Part shown: positions 52,470 to 64,000 of the stretch, in pieces
Layout of the letters: each line of letters opens with the position of its first letter
Position numbering within the stretch: position 1 is the first letter of the stretch
Source of the DNA: Octopus sinensis
Lineage: Eukaryota
Length of the DNA stretch: 64,000 bases
Direction: 5' to 3'
Assembly (NCBI RefSeq): GCF_006345805.1
Contig: NC_043010.1
Coordinates: forward strand, 20,212,001-20,276,000
The notes under the pieces: model-generated
Databases searched by the model: none
Told to the model about the DNA's origin: nothing
The model's input: the letters and a program-made list of their open reading frames with translations, nothing else
Translations under genes and position numbers: made by a program

Positions 52470-52581
52470 CAGTTTCCTCAATTAATGTCTGGTTGTCTTC
52501 CTCTTCAACGATGTATGCCATAGTCATCATAGATAGGACCTTAAACATTTCATCTTTTGAAGAAATAAATGTCTGAATCAC
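52470..52581 (-). CDS. Internal exon A of ARM-repeat/TIR-domain gene (VIQTFISSKDEMFKVLSMMTMAYIVEEEDNQTLIEETG)
   Basis: Acceptor tttcag|GTG at 52581 and donor G|gtgagg at 52470. 112 nt, phase 0 to 1, joining exon B in frame (G|GG AGC). Confidence 0.85.
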
Positions 52582-53057
52582 CTGAAAGTTGATAATGAGC
52601 AGCAAATGTTTATGGGGGACATAATGATAATGATGATCATGATGATGATAATGATGAAGATGATGATAACAATAGTAATAATTATTATAATAATACCCTC
52701 CAAACTGCTGACCAATTACATGTCTAACAGCTATATCTAAAATACTAACATCCATCATTACTGACAATATGTACCACTTTCCTGACGGATAACAAGATAT
52801 TCCCCCGTGAACAAAAAGGTTGTTAACATGGCTCCTATGGTTGTGGAGACCAACTTTTAATCAATAAAATGGTTCTTGAGGACTGACATGAACAATGCTA
52901 GAATCTTTTTATTGCATGGATTGATTACAAAAAATATACAAAAAACTGTTCAACAACCATTCCCCCATAGCTGGATTGAGAAATTCTTGGATATGAATAA
53001 AATTTCTCCATTTACTGGTATTTTTATGTTGAATAGCATAAAGCAATGGGTAAGAAC

Positions 53058-53620
53058 TCTTATCATCATCATTGTTCGACTGTGGTCGAGACAATGGAAT
53101 TTACTATGTTATGCCAGACTTCATGGTCCATCATGGCATTATGGAGGTCCTGTTGCTGGATGCCTGTATCCCTGGAGATTACACCAGGGTAGGAGAGTGT
53201 GTGCCCTCTGGTATTGTGAGTAGATGGCTTCCAGAGGAGAAGAGTAGAAATTACCTCGTTTTCAGCTCTACAACAATGTCCAGCAAACTGGACTCTTCTC
53301 CCTTTCACAAGATGATACAGGTAGTAGTTTCCTATATATTTGTACTTTGGTTGGATGACGCTTCCACAAGAGATTTTGAGCTCTCATAAGGAGGCGAGTG
53401 TAAGTTCCATCCAACCGCCTCTCAAGCTTCTTTGATAACGTCCAGGTTTCTGAGCCATATAGTAGAATTGGTTTGACTGTGGCTTTGAAGATTTTAAGTT
53501 TGAAATCTCTACTTAGATTTGATGACCAGATCTTATGTATATCATTACAGGCTGACCAGGCCATACCCTTTCTAGTTAGAAAATATTTTTCAGATGATGA
53601 TATGTATGACAAGTTCTATG
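53058..53620 (-). mobile_element. RTE-type LINE 3' fragment with frameshift
   Basis: AWSAC...IW.S...K.KIFKATV.PILLYGSETWTL...RLDGTYTRLL then RRVQFAGHC, ending in a (GAT)n tail at about 53060. Confidence 0.8.
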
Positions 53621-53769
53621 AACACTGGTGATGCAGATGTAAACTGCAGCATCTCTCAAAGTGATTCTCTGTTACCATTACTCTTTTGAATGAGTTCTTT
53701 CTCTCCTAAGTAATCTGCTGATTAACCAATCATTGACAGGTCACATTTGTATCAAGAATCACTGGGGCC

Positions 53770-53885
53770 TTACTGATTTTAAATCCTTGATGTCGGTAGA
53801 CTTGTCTATCTCTATATTGTTTGTTTTTAGGAGTTTTTCACTTGAAGAATGTGGCTTTAGCACATTTATCAAAGTTTAGGGGTAT
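53770..53885 (-). mobile_element. Short degenerate R4/Dong RT fragment
   Basis: LNFDKCAKATF.../KTNNIEIDKSTDIKDL parallels FGLEKCAKVTLKRGKLVKSSNITLDKTNEIKEL. Confidence 0.5.
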
Positions 53886-54077
53886 GTGAAAGGGATGGGC
53901 ATCCAGCAAAAAAAAAAAAACCCAAAAAGACCGGAAAGAATATTATTGTAGGACTAGAGCTACCCAAAAGAATAAACAGGATTGATACAATCAATATCTT
54001 AGCTGTTGTGACCTTCAGCATAAAATGCAGCATAAAAGGGGCCATCTGTGGGATCAATAAAATTGATAATTACACAT

Positions 54078-54648
54078 GGTCCTCACAGTGCATCACTTAT
54101 ATAACTGAAAAGCAAATGTAGAAAGACTATACATCCTAGAAAAGGGTGGAGGACATGGACTGATGCAGCTGCAACTGTCTCTAAAGCTAGCAACCAAAGA
54201 GGGAGAGACCTGTTTAAAGAACGCCAGTGGCTGGATACTTAAACTTGTCTGCAAATTATGAAAGTTCATAAAGAGAGTTCTCAGTATGAGAAGAAACAAA
54301 GAAGTATGCAAAGAAATTAAAAATGAACGAGACTGAGGAGAGACTTAATGAAAGAGATTAATGAAAGAGAAGAAGCAACTGTGATAAAGGAAACTGATAA
54401 AAACACAAACCAAACCAAATGGATTCTCAGAGCTGCAAAATAGATGAAGTAAGGCATTGCTTGACAAATATCCTACAAGGACCAGTGATCCTTGATACAA
54501 ATATGACCCACTCAGGATCTGTGTCTGCCCACCACAAACTGCCAAGAAAGGATCATAAAAATGGTGCTGATCCTGCCTGCCAGACTATCATCCACCCCGA
54601 AAATTTCAGGCCTTGTGCCTATAGCAGAAAGGATTATCATTACTATTT

Positions 54649-54743
<95 letters not shown>

Positions 54744-55047
54744 CAGTACGTTATCAAAGTGATGCTGGGGTACAAATATATGAAGCCCAATATCTTGACT
54801 ACCCATCTGATAAGGGTACACCAAGCACATGCATCACAACCATATGTACACGACATGGTGATCCAATATCATGATAAATAGTTTAAGTATCCAGCCACTG
54901 GCGTTCTTTAGACAGGTCTCTCCCTCTTTGGTTGCTAGCTTTAGAGACAGTTGCAGCTGCATCAGTCCATGTCCTCCACCCTTTTCTAGGATGTACACTC
55001 TATCTACATTTGCCTTTCAGTTATATAAGTGATGCACTGTGAGGACC
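54078..55047. repeat. 167-bp inverted repeat pair (54078-54244 and 54881-55047)
   Basis: ggtcctcacagtgcatcac...ggatacttaaac versus gtttaagtatcc...gtgatgcactgtgaggacc, with about five mismatches. Confidence 0.9.
54105..54520 (+). mobile_element. Degenerate R4/Dong fragment
   Basis: KANVERLYILEKGGGHGLMQLQL...WILKLV parallels KSDIERLYIQPIEGGRGLIQLE. Confidence 0.55.
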
Positions 55048-56560
55048 TTGCAAGTAGGACCTAGTTAGAATTTTCTAACTCAAGCTGAACTCTGCTCCAC
55101 AGCAGAAGTGTTAAGGCTGCTCTCCCCGATGAAGAGGGGTGGCCTGCAAGGGTCCTGTGCTGGTGTTATGTAAACAGCACTTATGCTGGTCCTGTGTAAA
55201 AGCAACTGTGCAGTGCCACATTACGAGAACCCAACACACACTGTAAAGTGGTTGGCATTAGGAAAGGCCCTTAGCTGTTGAAAAACCAAGCCAAATCAGA
55301 CAAGAACCTGGTGTAGCCCCTCCAGCTTGCCAGCTCTGGTCAATCTGTCCAACCCATGCCAGCATGGAAAACAGATGTTAAATGATTATCATTATCATTA
55401 TTATAATTATTCATTGTTTAACATCCGCTTTTCCTGCTGGCATGGGTTGGATGGTTTGACTGAGGGCTGGTGAGCCAGAGGCTGCACCAGGCTCAATCTC
55501 ATCTGACAAAGTTTCTGCAGCTGGATGCCCTTCCTAATGCCAACCACTCCGAGAGTGTAATAATAAGGTGGTGAGCTGGCAGAATCATTAGCACGCTGAT
55601 GACATTTTGTCCATTTTTATGTTCTGAGTTCAAATTGTGCTGAGGTCAACGTTGCTTTTTATCTTTTCAGGGTCGATAAAATAAGTACCAGCCGAGCATC
55701 AGGGTTGATGTAATCAACTTATCCTGCCCGCCTGAAATTGCTGGCCTTGTGCCAAACTTTGCAATCATCATCATCATCATCATCATCATCATTATTATTA
55801 TTATTATTTTTGGTATCGATATTATTTGTATTTTCAGTCTTTATCTAATTTGTCTGAGTGGTGTCCCTCTTACCCATCACCCTTGAGGCAAATAAATGAA
55901 TTCTTATCCTCCTCCTCCTACGACTAAATATTAATATTTTTGTTTTTTATTTGCCCAGAAGGCAATGGATGGATTCCGAATGCAATTTACATTATCATAA
56001 AGTAAAAATAAACAAACCAAAAAAAGAAAAAAAACAATAGCAAAACCAACAACAAAAAAAAACCCTGCATCAGTCTTTAATAGAAGCAGTTTTATTTATA
56101 TTTTTTTTATTTTTATAGAATTATTTTTTTTGTTATTTCATTATTTTATTTTTATTCTTATTTCTTTATTCGTGCCAAGTTAATAGAATAATGTGAGATT
56201 AAAGCACATTAAGGCAGACAATAGAAAATATGGTCATGTAGAAAAACAGGAATTGTAATATAGGTTTGTTGCATGTTTTAACAGAGTTTCCAGCTTCACT
56301 TCCACAGTTTAACAGTAGCAGCAGCAGCAGTAGTAGTACTAGTAGTAGTAGTAATACTAGCAGTAGTATTTGTATTAAATAGTTGTAGCAGCAATTCTAA
56401 TAACAGTAGTAGTGGTAATTGTTGCAGTTATGATATTATTATTATTATTATTACTATTATTATTATCATCATCATCATTATTATCATTATTAGCATTATT
56501 ATTATTATTATTGAGTGAGAGAGCAGTGCATGCCATTTTATTATTATTATTATTATTATT

Positions 56561-59500
56561 CAGTAGTTTTATTTTTATAGCGTGCTTTCACTTCACTACC
56601 GAGCGCAGCTCTGTGTGCCTTGGGTATGTGCTGTGATTTGTTGTGATGCTCTGATGGTTATTGTATGGAAAGCGTTCTGCGTAGGATGTGTGCAGTGCCT
56701 AGTAGTGCAATTTTCTGTATGTTTTTGTTATGTATTTGTCTGAATATTTTTTATCATGCCTAATGCACCTACTATGATAGGAATTGTTTCTGTTTTTAGA
56801 TTCCACATTCTGGTTACCTCTATTTCCAGGTCTTTGTATTTTGAGAGTTTCTCCATTTCTTTTAGAGACACGTTGTCATCAGCCGGTATTGATACATCAA
56901 TTAGAAAGCATTTTTTTTCTTCATGATCTTTGACAACTATATCTGGTCTGTTGGCCTTAATTTCTCTATCTGTGTGTATCGGCATATCCCAGAGTATGGT
57001 TGCTTTCTCGTTTTCTGTGACCTTTTCTGGTGTGTGCCTATACCATCTTTTTTCTGTTGTTATTCCATAATGTTGGCATAGCTTCCAATGTATGTAGATT
57101 CCAACTCTGTCATGTCTGTGAATATATTCCTTCTTAGCCAGGACTGGGCAGCTAGAGATAATATGATTTATTGTTTCTTGTCCATCTCCACATATTCTGC
57201 AGTTACTTGTTATATTTCTTTTCATTACATGTTTTTGGTAATTTCTGGTGGGGAGGCTTTGGTCTTGTGCTGCAATTAAAAATCCCTCTGTTTCTGCTTT
57301 GAGTCCTGAGCTTCTCAACCATTGCTGCGATTTTTCTTTGTCTATTTCTTTTGCGTTTAGTTTAGTGCAGTATTTACCATGAAGGGGCTTTTCTTGCCAT
57401 CGTTTTATCATGGTTCGTTGCTGTTCGATTTTTAGTTTGGATTTCATTTGTTTTATAGATTTTCTTCTTCTTCTTCTTCTTCTTCTTCTTCTTCTTCTTC
57501 ATATTTATTAGGTGGTATGATTTCTTGTTTGTATTTGTCAGCTTCCTTAAATACTGAGAACAGTTTTTTGTTTTGCTCGTGTTTTGCCGCTATTTGTATC
57601 AGTTTTCCTTCCTTCTGAAGTAGATATTTTTGCAGTCCTATGGTGGTCATTTTATAGTAGTTTTCCAGTTGTATAAGGCCTCTACCACCTTCTATAGGTT
57701 GTATATATAGTCTTTCTATGTCAGATTTTGGGTGATGCATCCTAGATCCTGTCATTATTTTTCTTGTTTTCCTATCTATTTTGGTCAGTTCATTTAGTGT
57801 CCAGTTAAGGATATTGTAGCTGTAACTTATAACTGGGACAGCTAAAGTGTTAATACCTATTATCTTGTTTTTAGCATTGAGCTCTGTTTTTAGTATTGAT
57901 CTAACTCGTCTATAATATTCTTTTTTTATTTTCTCTTTCATTTGTGTGTGTTGTGTCTTATCTAGTTCATGGATTCCTAAGTATTTGTAAGTTTGGCTTT
58001 GGTCTAATTCTTTTATTTCATTGGTTTTATCTAGTGTGATGTTGCTACTCTTAACTAGTTTTCCTCTTTTCAGGGTTACTTTGGCGCATTTTTCTAATCC
58101 AAATTTCATATCTATTTTTTTGGTAAATCCATGAACTGTCTTTAATAGTGTTTCCAGCTGTTTGTCATTTGCAGCGTATGGTTTTAGGTCATCTATATAT
58201 AAAAGGTGGCTGATTGTTTTGCCGTAACATTTATATCTGCATCCAGTTCTATTTAGCATATCAGATAGGGGTGACAGTGCCAAGCAGAAATGGAGTGGAG
58301 AGAGCGTGTCTCCCTGGAATATTCCTCTTCTAATGGGGATGTCTTTGGTTTTCATGAGTCCCTCTTTTGTTTGGAGCTGTAGCACTGTTTGCCATTTATT
58401 CATAGAGTGCCCTATGAATTTTATGATTGTTGGTGCTACTTTGTTAATGGCTAGTGTTTCGAGGATCCATGTGTGGGGGATGCTATCAAACGCCTTTTTG
58501 TAGTCGATCCAGGCCATACTGAGGCCTTTCTTCTTTCTGTGGCTATCTTCAGTTATAGCTTTATTAATCATTAGTTGATCTTTACAGCCATATGAGCCTT
58601 TGCGGCATCCTTTCTGCTCTTCTGGGAACAGTTTGTTTTCGTCCAGGTGCTTGTTCAACCTTTGCGATATTACTGCAGTAAATGCCTTGAACATTGTAGG
58701 GAGACAGGTTATTGGTCTGTAGTTTTCTGGTTTTGCTGTCTCATTTGATTTGGGAATTAAGATGGTTTTCCCCTTTGTGAGCCATTCAGGCATTGTCTCT
58801 GGCTCTGCTAGTATGTTGTTAAAGTTTTCAGCCAGCTTTTTGTGCATTCCTGTTAGATATTTCAACCAGAAGTTGGGGATCTTGTCATGCCCAGGTGCCT
58901 TCCAGTTGCTTAGTCTTTGCAGTGCCTGGGTGACCTCTTCAGTTGTTATGGGGGTCCAAAGTTGCTCAGATGCTGAGTTTGTTGTTTTAATACTCCTTTT
59001 TTTTGGTTGTTCGTTCGCCGACCATATTTTTCTCCAGAATTCTTCCACTTCTTCTGCCGTTGGTGCTGCAGTGATTTCTATTTTATTTTTGCCAAGTTCT
59101 TGGTAGAACTTTTTGGGGTTGGAGTTGAACTTTTTGTTCTGTTCGAAGAAGCGATGGCGTTTCTCGTACCGGCGGATCCTTTGTGCTTTGGCAAGGTTAT
59201 CTTGCTTTAGCTTTTCTTTTATCTCAGGTAAATCTTTTTCTGTGGTATTATATTTACGGAGTATTTTTGTTTTCTTTTTGTTGCTCAGTAGCGTTGATTG
59301 TCTACTGATTTCATTAAGAATCGACAAATCTTTTCTCATTTTTTGTATTTTGTTTCGGATGTTATTTATCCACAGGGTTTGTTTGGGTGGTGGTACTCCT
59401 GTTTGAATGAGTTTGAGTGATTATCCAGCTTCTTTTGTGGCTGCAGCGTATACTAAGTTATTTAGCTCAGTGATATTGCTTTTTGTTTCAGTGGCTATTA

Positions 59501-60514
59501 GTTCCATGACGGCTAGGTTTATGCTGTTTATAATTGGTGTTGTTGTTTCGTCTATTTTGATTTTTGGGAGATATGGTCGGTGGTCCATTTTGAGCTCTGT
59601 GGTTTTCAGTTCTTTGATTATTTTACTTTTTATATTATCATAATCATTAGGCTCCCCTTCGTTGTTTACATCGTGTTTGTTGGGAATGTTTCGTTTGTCT
59701 TCATGTTTTACTATTTCAGTGTTTATATTATTGGGCATTGTTGTGTGGCTTCTATCTACATTTTCCTGGTGTATTTTTTCTTTTAGATGTTCTATTTCTA
59801 TTTCTGATATTTTTTTTGCGTTGAGAATGTATCTTCGTACGTTAGCTAATTTATTAGGGTTCATTGCTGTATCCAAGTCTATATTTATGTTGTTTTCCTT
59901 CCATATTTTATATGTATGTGTTGTTGTGTTTTCATTTTTTGGGTAGAGCACTGCTGTGAAGTAAGCGTGTAAGATAGAAATGTATTCCTCACGTGTCCAT
60001 TTATGTCTTTTGGGTTTTATTTGCGGGACATGAGGAACAACGTCCGGCCCATTATTTTGATGGTCGTCATTTTCGTAGGGTACCGGTCCGTTTATTTCTG
60101 TTGTCACATTATTTCGCATGTGTAGTTTTTCGTACATTTTTCATTGTAAGTTTAAAGTACGTACCGCTCGATTGTTATTCTTGGGTTGAATAATATCGGT
60201 GGCATTTAATTTCTTCGTAGTTCCTTTGTACATGGTGTTTTGGGTCGGGGATGATCTGGTGTTGATGGATCATAATTTTTCCACGCATGTTTACATGTGT
60301 TGTGTTAGAGGTGGAGACGATATCGAGTCAAAATACATCATTTCGTTTCAAAAATAGTAATAAATTTCAGTTAGTATTACTTACTCGGATACAGTCCAAT
60401 CCTTTGTTAGTAAATCTTTGGCTCCATACGATGTCCTTGTTTACGATGTGTGTGGATAGATTTCGGAGCTCTGTTTTTTCCTTCTTACATCTTAAACGTC
60501 CCCCGGTGTTCTCC
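56561..60514 (-). mobile_element. Near full-length R4/Dong-clade non-LTR retrotransposon (RT, CCHC finger, restriction-like endonuclease), inactivated
   Basis: N-terminal RHKWTREE. RT motifs WKAPGHD, YRPITCLPT, EEQKGC, DYKKAFDS, GIFQGDTLSP, HLLYIDD. CRICG...HIISSC finger and RPDIV...LIDVSIP...EKLSKY endonuclease. In-frame TAA at 59421, frameshift beside a (GAA)n tract at about 57450. (TAA)n on both flanks. Confidence 0.93.
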
Positions 60515-60586
<72 letters not shown>

Positions 60587-60602
60587 TCATTAGCAGTAGT
60601 TT

Positions 60603-61510
60603 AAGGTGGTGAGCTGGCTGAAACGTTAGCATGCCAGGTGAAATGCTTAGCGGTATTTCGTCTGCTGTTACGTTCTGAGTTCAAATTCCGCCAAGGTCGA
60701 CTTTGTCTTTCATCCTTTCGGGGTCAATAAATTAAGTACCAGTTGTATACTGGGGTTGATCTAATCAACTGGCTCCTTCCCACAAAATTTCGGGCCTTGT
60801 TCCTAGAGTAGAAAAGAATCGTTTGCACACTGGGTGGAATGCTTAGCGGTATTTCGTCTGTCTTTACGTTCTGAGTTCAAATTCCATCGAGGTCAACTTT
60901 GCCTTTCATCCTTTCGGGGTCAATTAAATAAGTACCAGTTATGCACTAGGGTCAATCTAATCAACTTAATCCCTTTGTCTGTCCTTGTTTGTCTCCTCTA
61001 TGTTTAGCTCCCTGGGGGCAATAAAGAAATAAATTATTATTATTAAGGCAGTGAGCTGGCAGAATTGTTAGCACGCTGGATGAAATGCTCAGCGGTATTT
61101 CACCTGCAGCTATGTTCTGAGTTCAAATTCCGCTGAGGTCGAATTTGTCTTTTATCCTTTTGGGTTTGATAAATTAAGTTCTAGTTGAACATTGGGGGTC
61201 GATGTAATCGACTCATCCCCTCCCCAAACCTGCTGCCCTTGTGGCAAAATTTGAAACCATTATTATTATTATTATTGTTATCATTATTATTATTATTAAG
61301 GTGGCGAGTTGGCAGAATCGTTAGCACGCTGGACGAAATGCTTAGCAGTATTTCGCCTAGCTCTACATTCTGAGTTCAAATTCCCCCGAGGTTGACTTTG
61401 CCTTTCATTCCTTTGGGGTCGATAAATTAAGTACCAGTTATGCACTGGGGTCGATATAATCAAGTTAACCCTTCTCCCAAAATTACTGCCCTTGTGGCAA
61501 AATTTGAAAC
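60603..61510 (+). mobile_element. Cluster of four tandem-like copies of a tRNA-derived SINE (family S4). Other copies at about 5404, 45360 and 55566
   Basis: ggtgagctggcagaatcgttagcacg...ttctgagttcaaattcc (A/B-box-like) and gaggtcgactttgcctttcatcctttcggggtcgataaattaagtacc, recurring at about 60603, 60835, 61045 and 61298. Confidence 0.75.
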
Positions 61511-61784
61511 CATTGTTATTATTATTGAGTGAGAGAGCAGTGCATGCCATCAAAGTGACACAGGGAAAGAATTATACAAAGCCCAGTATACCCATCATGA
61601 CTACCTGTCTGATAAGCGTACACCAGGCACATGCATCACAACCATATGTGCATGACATAGTGATCTCATTTAAAGATAAACAGTGCATGACCTTACAGGT
61701 AGGGGCCCAGTTAGAATTTTCTTCAGGTTGTGTAGCCCATCCTGCTCAAAAGGTCCCTGAATAAGGTTTATTTAGGAATGATGA

Positions 61785-62240
61785 ATGGTTGTTGTTGTTG
61801 TTGTTGTTCTGCTACTTCTTATTAGCAGCAGTAGTTGTAGCATTAGTAGTTGTATTAGTAATAGTAGTAGTAGTAGTAGAAGTAGTAGTAGTAGTAGTAG
61901 CAGTAGTAGTAGTAGTAATAGTAGCAGTAGTAGTAGAAGTAGTAGTAGCAGTAGTAGTAGAAGTAGTAGTAGTAGTAATAGTAGTAGAAGCAGCAGTTGT
62001 AGTAGAAGTAGTAGTAGTAATAGTAGTAGTAGTAGTAGAAGCAGCAGCAGCAGCAGCTGTAGCAGTAGTAGTAGTAATAGTAGTAGTAGCAGTAGTTGTA
62101 GAAGTAGTAGTAGTAATAGTAGTAGTAGTAGTAGTAATAGCAGTAGTAGTTATAGTTCTGACTGTTGTAGAAGGGTGGTGACAGTGGTAGTGTTAGTTGT
62201 GGTGGTGGTTGAGACGATGGTTTGGTGGTAGTGGTGGTGG
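61785..62240. repeat. (GTA/GCA/GTT)n trinucleotide tract
   Basis: Direct inspection. Confidence 0.9.
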
Positions 62241-62453
62241 TGTTGTCGCAGTAACAATACTTAAACAGTATGGTGGAAATGTTAGTCGTGATGGTGGTTG
62301 TGGTTGCTATAGTAATGGTATAAAGATTCTGGCTGTAGTTTGATGGAAATAGTTACAGTAGCCATAAAGTGGTAGTTTAGACTAAAGTAGAGTGGTGGTT
62401 ATCGTTATTGTAGTATAGGTTCTAGTCTCATCTGTTGTACAGTAATGTCTTTA

Positions 62454-62931
62454 CGAGGGGGTGGGGCTGGAAAGTTCCTGGCTTTGGGCAAAAGAAAATA
62501 GGGGAGGGTCAGTTATGATCTTGGAGTAAAGGTTGTTTACCAACATAACATGGCAGTCATGGTTTAGGACGAATGTTGCTGTAATTTAGCCCCAGGAGAC
62601 ATCGTCTCCAGCTGGCTATACGACACGATCTGTGTCCTTATATTTTTGAACAAGGGAATCTAGCACCCCCACTCAGCTATTGTTTTGAGCTGAGTTGGGG
62701 CTGGCAAACAATCTTTCCTCCAAAGTACTGTTGCTGAATGTCCCTCGTTGTGAGGTTTAAAAATAGTAATTTTCTAATTATGATTTATCAAACATTTCCC
62801 CTTCTCAGATTCACACAGTTATTGTTGTGGTCCTTTGGTTTTTCTAAGCCCTGTAAAAGAACTTGGAAGGTTGGGTCTCCAGCCAGGCCTTTCGGGATTC
62901 CCTTAAAGCCAGGAACTTTTCAACATCCTCA
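62454..62931. mobile_element. mariner-type MITE
   Basis: TA|CGAGGGG...GAAAGTTCCTGGCTTT and AAAGCCAGGAACTTTTCAACATCCTCA|TA form inverted ends. Confidence 0.7.
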
Positions 62932-63483
62932 TAGATTACACAAAACTGCAGTAGTGGTTGCTGTGGTGGAAGAGAAGCTGATCAAGCACAGGTATTGAAC
63001 CTGGAACAGAGGATCTACAGCACATACTCCTGTGAAGGCTCGTGGTTTAGTGGTTAGGGTGTTGGACTCATGATTATAAGATTGTGGCTTCAATTCCTGA
63101 TTGTAAGATTGTGGTTTCAATTTATGCATTGTGTTCTTGAGCAAGACACTTCATTTCACATTGCTCCAGTCCACTCAGCTGGTCAAAATGAGTGACCCTG
63201 CAAGGGACTGGTGTCCCATCCAGGTGGGGAAGATACATGCCATGAAATTGGCTCATATGACTCCGGTATAACTTGAGAAGGTAAGCTTTACAGTTAGGCA
63301 CTTTTAAGATCCTCTCCCATCTGCACTGTCTTCATTTTGAAAAAAAGGAAATCTCACTTGGTTGACCCTCCTCCTGATGACGATGACGACGATGATGATG
63401 ATTGTCATCGTCATCATCATCATCATCATCATCATTGTTGTCACCATCACCTAACATGTTTCCCATGCTGGTATGAGTTAGAT

Positions 63484-63762
63484 CAGTGGTTCTCAACAAG
63501 GGTCCATAGCGACCCTTGGTGGGTGGGGTGGGGCAGCCCATGTCAAATTTTGTTGCTAAAATTTTGGAGCCGTAAAATTATTTTTACTTCTACAATACAC
63601 AAAACATTTCAACAATTCTGTTTTTTATAAAATTCCTAAGAATATTTTTAATTATAAAAACATAACAAGAAGATTCCTTAAACATTGAATGGCTTTAGCG
63701 GTCTAGTTGAGCAAAACAGGAATCAAAGGGGTCCATAGACAAAAAGGAGTCAAGGACTACTG
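63484..63762. mobile_element. hAT-type MITE inserted in an S2 element
   Basis: 5' TIR CAGTGGTTCTCAAC and a decayed 3' TIR GTCAAGGACTACTG, interrupting the S2 consensus at gggttgg. Confidence 0.55.
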
Positions 63763-64000
63763 GGTTGGCAAGACCTGGAAACCCACAGGGTTGCCTTGAG
63801 TTCCACTGTCTGATTTGGGATGGTTTCTACAGCTGGGTGTGTCCTTCCTGATGCTAATCACTCTACAGACTGCACTTGGTGCTTTTATGTGGCACCTGCA
63901 CTAGTGAGGTTGCCAAGTACATGGAAGAACTAGAAAAAGGTAAAAAAAAAGGGGGGGGGGCAAAGGAAAGTGGTGGGGAAAGGGAAAAGACCCTTGACTG

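Noticed and set aside
52580-52900. Upstream extension of the ORF containing exon A (MSVMMDVSILD...HHH)
   Set aside because: It runs through microsatellite sequence, and a good acceptor at 52582 explains the true exon start.

Overview
AT-rich, repeat-dense eukaryotic genomic DNA, most likely from an octopus or other cephalopod. This is inferred from the abundant tRNA-headed CORE-type SINEs, RTE LINE tails and (TA)n/(CAT)n/(TAA)n microsatellites. There is no bacterial operon structure, CRISPR array or rRNA, and most ORF-track entries are microsatellite or SINE artefacts. One host gene is supported. Four minus-strand exons (52581-52470, 46920-46787, 43942-43687, 42818-42724) splice at GT-AG junctions in compatible phase into about 199 aa of armadillo-like repeats followed by the start of a TIR domain (HVFISYS), so this is an ARM-TIR innate-immunity-type gene that extends beyond what I can trace. 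Transposable elements include a near full-length R4/Dong-clade retrotransposon in a (TAA)n microsatellite (56561-60514), a young 5'-truncated RTE LINE with a PHD-like finger and TSD (3027-5017), CR1, RTE and Tc1 fragments, and piggyBac-, hAT- and mariner-type MITEs. Structural oddities include a 3.4-kb tandem duplication with a greatly expanded purine satellite, a 1.2-kb triplication, and a local inverted templated insertion. RNA-level oddities are a well-formed type I hammerhead ribozyme candidate (31930-32010, minus strand) and a tRNA-headed SINE family ending in a Penelope-type minimal hammerhead-like motif.
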